Of a DNA stretch of 64,000 nt, positions 40,113 through 49,265 are shown one piece after another. The stretch covers positions 544-64,543 of the forward strand of contig CALUJN010000059.1 in the NCBI GenBank assembly GCA_944320985.1, written 5' to 3'. The translations under genes and the position numbers were made by a program. Every line of letters begins with the position of its first letter. Within the stretch, counting starts at the first letter, position 1. The stretch is from an uncultured Alistipes sp. (GTDB lineage Bacteria; Bacteroidota; Bacteroidia; Bacteroidales; Rikenellaceae). The notes below the pieces were generated by a model. It saw only the letters and a list, made by a program, of their open reading frames with translations. It did no database searches and was not told the origin of the DNA.

Positions 40113-40886
40113 ATGAAGCAATTGATAACCATATTGTTGGGGCTTCTTATCTCCAGTACGGCTTTCGGCTGGGGACAGAAGGGCCATGACGTCACGGCAG
40201 CCATCGCTGAACGACACCTTACCCGGAAAGCGGCCCGGGAGGTGCAGCGCGTGCTGAACGGCTGCTCCCCGGTCTACGTCTCCAACTGGATGGACAATGC
40301 CAGCCATACCCCTCAGTATGCCCATACGAAGACCTGGCACTACTTCAATATCGCTCCGGACGGTCGGATCGAGACGACGGAGCGCCTTCCGCAGGGAGAC
40401 GTCCTGCGTGCCGTGACCGACCTGACCGAACAACTCAAAAGCGGAAGCCTCCAGGCCGATGAGGAGGAGACGGCATTGCGGATGCTGATCCATCTGGTCG
40501 GCGACATGCACTGCCCGATGCACCTGGGACGTGCGGAGGATCTGGGCGGCAACCTGCATAAGGTGCGCTTCTTCGGGCGCGAAACAAACCTCCATACGGT
40601 CTGGGACACCGATCTGGTGGAGGCCGCGCACCGCTGGAGCTATACCGAATGGGCCGAACAGATCGACAACGGACGCTCTAAGGCCGACCGCAAGCGGATT
40701 GCCACCGGCACGCCGGATGACTGGGTGCGCGAGACCCACGGAATCTGTACCCGGGTCTATGCCGACACGCCCGAAGGGATGGAGATCTCCTACGACTACG
40801 TGGCACGTTTTGCTCCGATTGTTGAAGACCAACTGCTGCGGGCCGGACTCCGGCTAGCCGCACTGCTGAATGAAATTTACCGATAA
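40113..40886 (+). CDS. S1/P1 family nuclease, exported
   Basis: Signal peptide then WGQKGH, WMD, WHYFN, HLVGDMHCPMH, NLHTVWD zinc ligand motifs. Confidence 0.93.
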   Translation: MKQLITILLGLLISSTAFGWGQKGHDVTAAIAERHLTRKAAREVQRVLNGCSPVYVSNWMDNASHTPQYAHTKTWHYFNIAPDGRIETTERLPQGDVLRAVTDLTEQLKSGSLQADEEETALRMLIHLVGDMHCPMHLGRAEDLGGNLHKVRFFGRETNLHTVWDTDLVEAAHRWSYTEWAEQIDNGRSKADRKRIATGTPDDWVRETHGICTRVYADTPEGMEISYDYVARFAPIVEDQLLRAGLRLAALLNEIYR

Positions 40887-41147
40887 CGGATCGGCTCCGA
40901 AGAGACTCCGTTACGCCATGACGCCCGCCGGTTTACCCGACGGGCGTCGTTGTGAACAGCCGCAATATCCGTCGAAGAAAAAACCGAAAAGAGAAAGAGA
41001 ACGGCCGGAAAGGTAAAAATGAAGCTGACCGGAAAGAGGGGAGACGGGCGAGTGCGGTGCGGGAAGAGGTTGAAGCAAGCGGATAAAATCCGTAAAAAAG
41101 GTAATAAGATCCGGAATTCGGTCATGCGGAGATCCACAAATTCGGTG

Positions 41148-41155
41148 TATCTTTG
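41148..41155 (+). promoter_or_regulatory. Sigma-A -7 element (TATCTTTG) for the DUF1893 operon
   Basis: Exact TAnnTTTG followed by CA, about 84 nt before the ATG at 41239. Confidence 0.65.
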
Positions 41156-41238
41156 CACCGCGTCCATCGAAAGACGCTCTCCACGCGGGGCATGCCATAC
41201 GAATCGGCCCTCCGCGCAGAGAAAAAACGACACACACA

Positions 41239-41724
41239 ATGAACGAAACGATGATCGATCCAAGTTCCATTCTGACCGACGCCGACCGACAGGCCGTTGA
41301 ACGGCTTTATGCCGAAGGGTGCTCCTGTGTCATCCGCAACGGCTCGACGTTCCGATCGTTCCACGAGCGGGGCGTGAGCGATCTGTGGCGGTTGCTGCAC
41401 GAAGAGCCCGAACTGTTGCGCGGGGGCTTCATCGCCGACAAGGTGGTCGGAAAGGGTGCCGCGGCACTGATGGCCGTGGGAGGTATCCGGGGCGTTTTCG
41501 CCCGTACGATAAGCCGTCCGGCGCTGGAGCTGCTCCGCGGGGCGGGGATCCCCGTAAGCTGCGAATGCCTCGTGCCGCATATCATCAACCGGGCCGGTGA
41601 CGGGATTTGCCCCGTCGAACGGCTTTGTGCCGACGCCCGTACCGCCGAGGAGTGCCTGCCGCGCATCGGGGAGTTTATCCGACAAATGAAAGAACGACAA
41701 GCCCAAACACAAAAGGATGAATAA
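41239..41724 (+). CDS. DUF1893 family protein
   Basis: RGVSDL, IADKVVGKGAAALM, ISRPALELL, IINRAGDGICPVE. Confidence 0.85.
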   Translation: MNETMIDPSSILTDADRQAVERLYAEGCSCVIRNGSTFRSFHERGVSDLWRLLHEEPELLRGGFIADKVVGKGAAALMAVGGIRGVFARTISRPALELLRGAGIPVSCECLVPHIINRAGDGICPVERLCADARTAEECLPRIGEFIRQMKERQAQTQKDE

Positions 41725-43620
41725 TCGTAGCATAACGATCCTGCTGGCCGGATGTCTGCTGTTTTCGGGTGTGACCCGTGCCGCCATGCTTCCAACGACT
41801 CACCCCACGGAGAAGACCTCTTCAGATAACATACCGATCGACTCGGTTGTGGTGACGGGCACGCGTTATGCCGCGGACATTCGTCACCTGCCGATGACGG
41901 TAACGGTTGTTGACCGTTCCGCGATCGAAGGCCGGCAGGAGAGTTCGCTGCTTCCACTGCTCACGGAGCAGATCCCGGGACTCTTCATCACCTCGCGCGG
42001 GGTGATGGGTTACGGCGTCTCGACGGGGGCTGCCGGCGGTATGAGCCTGCGCGGTCTGGGCGGCGGTGCGACGTCGCAGCTGCTCGTCCTGATCGACGGG
42101 CAACCCCAATATATGGGTATCTTCGGCCATCCGATTGCCGACGCCTATCAGTCGATGCTGGCCGAAAGGGTAGAGGTGTTGCGAGGTCCGGCTTCGGTGC
42201 TGTACGGTTCGAACGCCATGGGCGGCGTGATCAACATCGTTACCCGGCAACAGGAGCAGGAGGGGATCCGGACAGATCTGAATGTCGGTTACGGATCGTG
42301 GAACACCCTGCAAACCGAGGTGGCGAACCGTATCCGCAAGGGGCGCTTTACGAGCGTCGTATCGGGGTCGTACAACCGCACGGACGGACACCGTGCCGAC
42401 ATGCCTTTCGAACAGTATGGCGGTTTCGCCAAGGTGGGCTACGCGATCTCCACCCATTGGAATGCCACGGCCGACGTGAACGTCACGCACTTCAACGCCT
42501 CGAATCCCGGACCGATCACAGCCCGGCTCTTCGACAACGATTCGCACATCACCCGGGGCATGACCTCCCTGGCTCTCGAGAACGACTACGAACACACCTC
42601 CGGAGCCTTGAAGGTCTACTACAACTGGGGGCGCCATCGCATCAACGACGGCTACGAAGCCGGGGAAGCGCCCCAGACATCGCATTTTCATTCGCGAGAC
42701 CGGCTGCTCGGCGTATCGCTTTATCAAAGTATGGAACTTTGGCGCGGAGGACGTCTGACGGCGGGCCTCGACTGGCAGCACATCGTCGGCAAGGCCTGGA
42801 ATCGCTCGGTCGTGGACGGCAGCAAGTCGTCGATCGTCGATGAGCGGGAGGAGGAGGTGGCCGGCTATGCCGAGTTCCGGCAGTTGCTCGGCCGTTTCAC
42901 CTTCGATGCGGGGTTGCGCTACGACTGGCATACGCGCAGCGGATCGATGTGGGTGCCGCAGGCCGGCATTTCGCTCAGGGCCGCACGCAACGGTGTATTG
43001 AAGGCCTCGGTGAGCAAAGGCTTCCGCAATCCCACGATCAAGGATCTCTACATGTTCGGGATGAAGAATCCCGATCTGCGTCCCGAACGGGTCTGGAATT
43101 ATGAACTGGCCTGGAGTCATCAACTGGCGGACGACCGTCTGACATACGGGCTTAACCTCTTCTGGATCGAGGGGCGAGATATCATCCAGACGGTCCAGAT
43201 CGACGGGCGTCCGAAACTCCTGAACCAGGCACGGGTCGAGAACCGGGGAATCGAGGCTGAAATCGCGTGGCACATCGCCAAGGCGTGGCGGGCCGATGCC
43301 AACTACAGCTACCTGTGGATGAAGTACCCCGTACAGGCTTCGCCCGAGCACAAACTCTACACCGGCATAAACTTCCTTAAAAACCGGTGGCAGCTCTCGG
43401 CCGGCGTGCAATATGTCGAAGGACTCTATACATCGGTAGCCCCGGGAGCGGAAATTCAGGAAAATTTCGTACTTTTGAATCTCCGGGCATCGTTTCGCGT
43501 GAACTCCTGGTTGACGATCTATGCCCGCGGCGAGAATCTGCTTGCCCGGGAGTATGAGATCATGGCCGGATATCCCATGCCCGTGCTACGGCTTTCGGAG
43601 GAATCAAGTTGAACTTTTAA
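41717..43620 (+). CDS. TonB-dependent receptor (BtuB/CirA-like) with a 1-nt frameshift at the extreme C-terminus
   Basis: TonB box DSVVVTGTR, plug LVLIDGQP and RVEVLRGPASVLYGSNAMGGVINI, NPDLRPE; the given ORF stops at 43612, but the shifted frame gives RATAFGGIKLNF* at 43620. Confidence 0.92.
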
Positions 43621-43631
43621 TATAAATAAAC

Positions 43632-44138
43632 ATGGCAACAAATTCTGTTTCACTTCATTCGTTGGAGTATAAGGATGTGAGGACCTATGGGGTTGCAGCG
43701 CTGTTTATCGTAGGAAACATTGCCCTGCCGCAATTGTGCCACCTCCTGCCCGCAGGAGGTCCGACGCTGCTGCCGATCTACTTCTTCACGCTTGTGGCCG
43801 CCTACAAGTACGGCTGGAAGGTCGGCCTGCTGACCGCCGTCGCTTCGCCGCTGGTCAATGCCGCACTCTTCGCCATGCCGGCTCCGGCCGTTCTCCCGGC
43901 CATCCTCACCAAATCACTGCTGCTCGCCGCAGCCGCCGGATTTACCGCACGGCGTTTCCGCAGCGTCTCATTGCCGTTGTTGCTGGGGGTCGTGCTCTTC
44001 TATCAGACGATTGGTTCGGCTGCAGAGTGGGCTCTGACAGGCAGTCTTGCGGCCGCCCTGCAGGATTTCCGCATCGGAATCCCGGGCATGCTGCTGCAGA
44101 TTTTCGGCGGATATCTCTTCATTAAATACCTCAAATAA
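43632..44138 (+). CDS. ECF transporter S-component-like membrane protein
   Basis: 168 aa with about six hydrophobic helices; LPQLCH...GPTLLPIYFFTLVAAYKYGWKVGLLTAVASPL. Confidence 0.75.
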   Translation: MATNSVSLHSLEYKDVRTYGVAALFIVGNIALPQLCHLLPAGGPTLLPIYFFTLVAAYKYGWKVGLLTAVASPLVNAALFAMPAPAVLPAILTKSLLLAAAAGFTARRFRSVSLPLLLGVVLFYQTIGSAAEWALTGSLAAALQDFRIGIPGMLLQIFGGYLFIKYLK

Positions 44139-44146
44139 CCGCAGGC

Positions 44147-45130
44147 ATGACATTGAGAGTCTGTATGATCGCACTTCTCATGCAGTTTGCGGCCGCAGGT
44201 TCCGGCTGCGCTGCTACCCCCGAAAAAACGGAGGCCTCAAAGTCCCCTGCTAAGGTCTATATGACCCGAGACATCTCGCCCGAAGGCTTGAAAGCCGTCT
44301 ACGAGGCGCTCGGTCGCAAGGCGGTGGGGAAAAAGATTGCCGTGAAGCTCTCGACCGGAGAGCCCGGCGGCAACAACTATCTGAAACCGGCTCTGATCGG
44401 GGAGCTGGTCCGCTCGATCGACGGCACGATCGTCGAGTGCAACACCGCCTATGGCGGGGGCCGAGCCGCAACCGAAGACCACCTGAAGGCGGCTGCCGAC
44501 CACGGATTCACGGCCATCGCCCCGGTCGACATCATGGATGCCGAAGGGGAGGTGCGTCTGCCGGTCGAAGGCGGACGCCACCTCACGTATGACATCGTCG
44601 GTTCGCACTTCATGGATTACGATTTCGTCGTTGTCCTCTCGCACTTCAAGGGGCACGCCATGGGCGGCTGCGGCGGTGCCATCAAGAACATCTCGATCGG
44701 CATTGCCTCCTCGGCCGGCAAGGCCTGGATCCACTCCGCCGGCCGGACCACCGATGTCAACAAGGTCTGGAACGATCTGCCCGCTCAGGATGATTTCCTG
44801 GAGTCGATGGCCGAGGCCGCCAAGGCGATCGTCGATCATTGTGGCGAGCGGATCCTCTACATCAGCGTGATGAACAACCTATCGGTCGACTGCGACTGCG
44901 ATGCGCATCCCGAGCCACCGCGCATGGGCGACATCGGTATTCTTGCCTCACTGGATCCCGTGGCCCTGGACAAGGCGTGTGTCGATTTGGTCTACGCCTC
45001 TCCCGACGAGGGAAAGGTCCATCTGATCGAACGCATGGAATCTCGCCACGGCATCCATACGCTCGAACATGCCGAGGCGCTCGGTATCGGTTCCCGGCAG
45101 TATGAACTGGTCGATCTGGACAAAAAGTAG
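44147..45130 (+). CDS. DUF362 family protein with N-terminal export/lipoprotein signal
   Basis: AVKLSTGEPG, VECNTAYGGGR, LSHFKGHAMGG, GAIKNISIG, DCDCD, ASLDPVALDKAC. Confidence 0.82.
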   Translation: MTLRVCMIALLMQFAAAGSGCAATPEKTEASKSPAKVYMTRDISPEGLKAVYEALGRKAVGKKIAVKLSTGEPGGNNYLKPALIGELVRSIDGTIVECNTAYGGGRAATEDHLKAAADHGFTAIAPVDIMDAEGEVRLPVEGGRHLTYDIVGSHFMDYDFVVVLSHFKGHAMGGCGGAIKNISIGIASSAGKAWIHSAGRTTDVNKVWNDLPAQDDFLESMAEAAKAIVDHCGERILYISVMNNLSVDCDCDAHPEPPRMGDIGILASLDPVALDKACVDLVYASPDEGKVHLIERMESRHGIHTLEHAEALGIGSRQYELVDLDKK

Positions 45131-45165
45131 GGGAGCGACACGCGATTCGAGTGCTGCACGGTAAG

Positions 45166-45207
45166 GAGTGCGCCGTCGGGGAAGAGATGCCGGCGGCGCA
45201 CTCTTTT
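45166..45207 (+). terminator. Intrinsic terminator closing the DUF1893-DUF362 operon
   Basis: GAGTGCGCCGTCGG...CCGGCGGCGCACTC stem followed by TTTT. Confidence 0.7.
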
Positions 45208-45306
45208 GTCCGGAGATACGACCGGTTCGAAGATCCCCTCCGTAAGAATTTGCATACCTCGGGGCGATTCACTATCTTCGGGATGTGATTTGACCCGAAA
45301 CCGCAC

Positions 45307-46995
45307 ATGAAACCTCAAACATACGGAGTTCTTTTCCTGCTTCTTTTCCTGCTGCCGGGGTGCGCAGACCATACCCGGACCTCTGAGACGCTTGCCCAAG
45401 TCGAAAAAATTGTCGTGGAGACGCCCGACAGTGCTCTGTGCCTGCTGCGCGGACTGACCGACGCACCCTTCCGCAACCGGGCCGAACGGGCCCGGTATGC
45501 CTTGCTGTGTGCCGAGGCCTCGGAGCGTGCCGGACTGGAGGCCGACAATGATTCGTTGTTGCAGATCGCCTGGGAATATTACCGGCAACATCCGGGTGAG
45601 ATTCGCAACTTTTGCAAAACTCGTTTCTACCAGGGTAAGAACCGTATGCGGCAGGGCGACAAACCCGGGGCATTGAGGCTCTTCCTTGAGGTCGAGGAGC
45701 GTCTCCGGCCGATCGATGAGCCTTATTATCAAGGTCTGCTCTACCTGCGGATCGGAGATGTCTATCGCGCCGAACTGAATTTCGTGAGAGCCTATCGCTA
45801 CTATCGGGATGCCCGCGATCTGTTCATCCGCTCGGGTGCCACACGTCAGACGACCGAGGCTTTGCTCGGTATGACGAGTTCGGCCCTGCGCATGCGTGAT
45901 CTGACCCGGGCGCGCCGTGACTGCACGATGGCCCTTGAACTGGCCGACGATCTGCACGATGATACGCTCGTAAAACGGAGTCTCGGACTCTTCGCCACCC
46001 TCTACACTGTTTCGGAGAACGAACGGATCCCTCGGGATCTGCTGCAACGCATCGAACATTCGGTACGTCGTGACACCTCGGCTGCAGGACATTGCACCCT
46101 GGCCCAGACCCAACTTTTCCGCAATCGCCCGGACAGTGCCCGCTACTATCTGCAACTTGCCGAAGGGCAGCAGGCAGATGCCGACGTACAGGCCATGCTC
46201 GAATACACGGCCTATCGGGTGGAGGCACGCTCGGGGCAATACCGCGAAGCAGCCCGGAAGATTCATCGTTTCATCTTTCTGAACGATTCGCTGACCCGCA
46301 CGGCCCTGCAGGCCTCTGCCGGGATGATCGAACGGGACTATTTCCAGGAGCGGGCCGCCTTTGCCGACTATCGGATGCAGAGCCGCCGCATGTGGGAACG
46401 CGGAGTGGCGGGCTTCCTGTTGCTGCTCGCCGTGATTGTCGGGCTGCTTGTCCGACAACGCATCCGGCTGCATAAGGAGCGTACCGAGCGCAACCTGCTG
46501 CTCGTCCGGGAGGCCCGGGCGGAATACCGTCGACTGTCGCACAGCCTTGAGGAGCATCATCATGCCGAAGCCCGTCTGAAGGGACTCATCGCTTCGCGCT
46601 TCGATATTGTGGACCGTCTGGGCAAGACGCTCTACGAGCGTGAAAACACCGTTTCGGGGCAGGCCGCCATGACGCGAGAGGTGAAACAGCTTATCGAAGG
46701 CTTCTCGGAGAACGGCGAAATGCTGCAGGAGCTGGAGCAGATCGTGGATATGGCTCACGACGACGTAATGCAGAAACTTCGCCGCAACTATCCGAAGATG
46801 AAGGAGTCCGACATCCGGCTGTTGTGTTATATCTTCGGAGGCTTCTCGCCGCAGGTCATCAGCCTCTTCATGGAGGAGAGCGTTGCCAACATCTACGCCC
46901 GTAAATCGAGGCTCAAATCCCGCATCAAAATGTCCGAGGCGCCCGATCGGGAGCAATTTCTGGCCCTGCTCGGACCTGCGTCAGAAGGGTGTTAG
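45307..46995 (+). CDS. TPR-repeat lipoprotein sensor with a TM helix and C-terminal LuxR-like HTH
   Basis: Lipobox LPGC; PDSAL, ARYALL, TPR-like helices; TM VAGFLLLLAVIVGLLV; C-terminal GFSPQVISLFM...IYARKSRLKSRI. Confidence 0.75.
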   Translation: MKPQTYGVLFLLLFLLPGCADHTRTSETLAQVEKIVVETPDSALCLLRGLTDAPFRNRAERARYALLCAEASERAGLEADNDSLLQIAWEYYRQHPGEIRNFCKTRFYQGKNRMRQGDKPGALRLFLEVEERLRPIDEPYYQGLLYLRIGDVYRAELNFVRAYRYYRDARDLFIRSGATRQTTEALLGMTSSALRMRDLTRARRDCTMALELADDLHDDTLVKRSLGLFATLYTVSENERIPRDLLQRIEHSVRRDTSAAGHCTLAQTQLFRNRPDSARYYLQLAEGQQADADVQAMLEYTAYRVEARSGQYREAARKIHRFIFLNDSLTRTALQASAGMIERDYFQERAAFADYRMQSRRMWERGVAGFLLLLAVIVGLLVRQRIRLHKERTERNLLLVREARAEYRRLSHSLEEHHHAEARLKGLIASRFDIVDRLGKTLYERENTVSGQAAMTREVKQLIEGFSENGEMLQELEQIVDMAHDDVMQKLRRNYPKMKESDIRLLCYIFGGFSPQVISLFMEESVANIYARKSRLKSRIKMSEAPDREQFLALLGPASEGC

Positions 46996-47001
46996 ATCCG
47001 G

Positions 47002-47052
47002 CTTGTAAATTATTGTGTAATTTGCTGATTATCAGTGTGTGATTTTTACAAG
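47002..47052. promoter_or_regulatory. Operator-like inverted repeat with a central palindrome
   Basis: CTTGTAAA-N35-TTTACAAG enclosing CTGATTATCAG (47025-47035); -7 box TATTTTTG at 47102-47109. Confidence 0.55.
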
Positions 47053-47188
47053 TGTTAGATCTTGGGATCCGCAGTGCAACTCGTAAACGCTGCGGATCCG
47101 CTATTTTTGCATTCGGAAAAAGCCCCGTCCGGGACACTCCGCAAAGAACGGGAAGAATAATCTGACACTTAAATTAAACTTGAAAATC

Positions 47189-48307
47189 ATGCGCAAAATC
47201 ATCTATGCAATTCAGGCCGGCATCCTTCTTTCGGGTCTTGCCGCCTGTGAGAAAAAAAACTACGAACCCGATACGAAAGATGCCGTGGTGCAGATCACTG
47301 TGGTGGATGACAAAGGCACGCCGCAGGCTGGAATGCCGGTCCTGATCTTCGACGAACAGGGCTACGAACGCTTCCAACAGGACCGGAAGAGCGAACCCCA
47401 GGGATTTACGCTCACGCTGCCGAATGGTCAGGTATCCTATCGTCTTCCCTATCGGGAATGGTTCCAGTCCGGGAACCGGGTTGTGACCTTCGTTGTCATG
47501 GAGGAGGCCGATGAAGAGAACTATCATATATGGGCCAAGAGTAAAACGGTCCAGGCCGCCGAGCGGTTGAAGGTGGACTTTACGCTCGATCGCAAGCCGA
47601 TCGGATCGGGAGAATCGGGAGAGGAGAAGGATGAGGGAGAGACCGGAGAGAATGGACAGAGTGGGAACCCCGATTCCCCGGCCGAAGTCGGCACAATGTT
47701 CGAGATGTTCGACGAAGAGAACGGGCATACGCTTTTCGGCAATGCGCTGTTCCTTGACGCAGACCACCAGTTCAATGGAGACCGTCGCTATACGATCGTC
47801 GATGCCGGGATGGTCAAGGGTTTGCAGGAGATGGCTCCGCTGACATTCGACCGTGCCGCACAACGGATCTCCGCATGGCCCGGACGCGGTTACTATATTT
47901 GCAAGGATATCTCGTTGATGGAATTTCCTTCGGGAAAACGGGCCATGGCCATTCATGCGGAGTACGCCAAGATCCATGTCCTGGAATGGCTGACGCGCGA
48001 CGGGAAAAACATCGGCGTGAAGTTCAACTATACGATCAATAAATTCTCGTATGAAGGGCTTCCCGAATGGGACAAAGTCTTCGAGGTGAAACTTTCGGGC
48101 GACAAATCCGTCAATATCCCGCTTCCGTCACAGTCTCACGATTCGGAGTGTGTGGCTTGGGGAGAGGCACCGCTGCTCATCAGTTTTGCGAGCGATCATG
48201 TCTCGATTCAGGTTACGGATCCCCAGGCCGCCGTAGGAAAAGAGTATCGCTTTGTCATCCGGTCCCAAGCCGCGTACAGCGAGGCAAAACTCCGGATTGT
48301 GGAATAA
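47189..48307 (+). CDS. Uncharacterised lipoprotein (Ig-like N-domain, acidic linker, DUF5036-like domain)
   Basis: Lipobox LAAC; G/E-rich linker; MFDEENGHT, PGRGYY, EFPSGKRA motifs recalled from DUF5036. Confidence 0.65.
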   Translation: MRKIIYAIQAGILLSGLAACEKKNYEPDTKDAVVQITVVDDKGTPQAGMPVLIFDEQGYERFQQDRKSEPQGFTLTLPNGQVSYRLPYREWFQSGNRVVTFVVMEEADEENYHIWAKSKTVQAAERLKVDFTLDRKPIGSGESGEEKDEGETGENGQSGNPDSPAEVGTMFEMFDEENGHTLFGNALFLDADHQFNGDRRYTIVDAGMVKGLQEMAPLTFDRAAQRISAWPGRGYYICKDISLMEFPSGKRAMAIHAEYAKIHVLEWLTRDGKNIGVKFNYTINKFSYEGLPEWDKVFEVKLSGDKSVNIPLPSQSHDSECVAWGEAPLLISFASDHVSIQVTDPQAAVGKEYRFVIRSQAAYSEAKLRIVE

Positions 48308-48477
48308 CATTGCAGCAAATTGTTTTACACCCATGTTGCTGCTGTTGACTCTCTTCCTCCTGCGGACAGGCATGGCGCTTCTGAAGCGCAGAGCGGAATC
48401 CGATGCAAAAACACCCGCCCGGGGGAGAATTCAGGGAGACCTCCAAAGGGCGATTGACCCCTGAAAGAAAAATGCTG

Positions 48478-48512
48478 ACGCCTCAAACCGTTGTTTCAAC
48501 CGTTTGAGGCGT
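48478..48512. terminator. Hairpin between convergent genes, probable terminator
   Basis: ACGCCTCAAAC-C-GTTG-TTT-CAAC-C-GTTTGAGGCGT. Confidence 0.55.
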
Positions 48513-48612
48513 TGCTCATGACGTGCGACCGCGTCCAGCCATGCAGGCCCGGTTCCACGCCGTCTTCTTCATGAACGGCACGGATGAACAGACATGGAAA
48601 GGTGCGGTTGCC

Positions 48613-49191
48613 CTAATGCGACTCCTTCCCTTTGAAAACCCGGGTAAACTGCGAAGGGTATAGCCTTCCGTAAAATGTTACCCGGTGGGCATTGAAATTG
48701 GGAGAGATCGTGACCGTAGCGTTGTTGCATCCCTTCGGGAGGATAATCGTCACGTTGGCCGACAACCTCGATCCCATGACGTTCATCGAGAAGCAGGTGG
48801 CACCTTTTCGATCGGTTTTGAGCTTGATGTTCGAGGCCTGTCCATTGAGCGTAATACCGCCAACTTCGTTGGGCCCTCCGCTGTTGAAAGGTGCAATCTG
48901 GATAATTGCCAGGTCGTGGGAAAGCGATATGAAGTTGGTCGTCGAGTTTACGAAGGCCATCTCTCCGCGCTTGAGAACCAGTTTGTCGGCCTCCACCACA
49001 AAATCGAGCCGTTCCAGCGCTCCGACGGCATTGGCATGGTCGATCGAATCCTGAAGAGCCTCCACCTGTTCCTGGATTTCGCGGCTTGGAGATTCCTGCT
49101 GTTCGTATTTTGTAAGAATTCTTCGCTCCGTTTGGGCGTAGCCGGCCGGAATTGTCAGCTGCAACGTCGCAAGATAAAGCAATCGTTTCAT
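48613..49191 (-). CDS. DUF4251 family exported protein
   Basis: Signal MKRLLYL...AGYAQ; DFVVEAD, TNFISL, GGITLNG, ATVTISPNF, VTFYGRL. Confidence 0.8.
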   Translation of the reverse strand: MKRLLYLATLQLTIPAGYAQTERRILTKYEQQESPSREIQEQVEALQDSIDHANAVGALERLDFVVEADKLVLKRGEMAFVNSTTNFISLSHDLAIIQIAPFNSGGPNEVGGITLNGQASNIKLKTDRKGATCFSMNVMGSRLSANVTIILPKGCNNATVTISPNFNAHRVTFYGRLYPSQFTRVFKGKESH

Positions 49192-49265
49192 GTTCCGCAT
49201 GTTTAGAATCTTTATGTGCGTGTTCCGGTCCGCACATCCGACCGCTATCATGGACGGTGGAATGG

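Noticed and set aside
40113-40886. S1/P1 nuclease as an anti-phage system
   Set aside because: It has a signal peptide and no defence-type neighbours; nucleotide scavenging is the simpler reading
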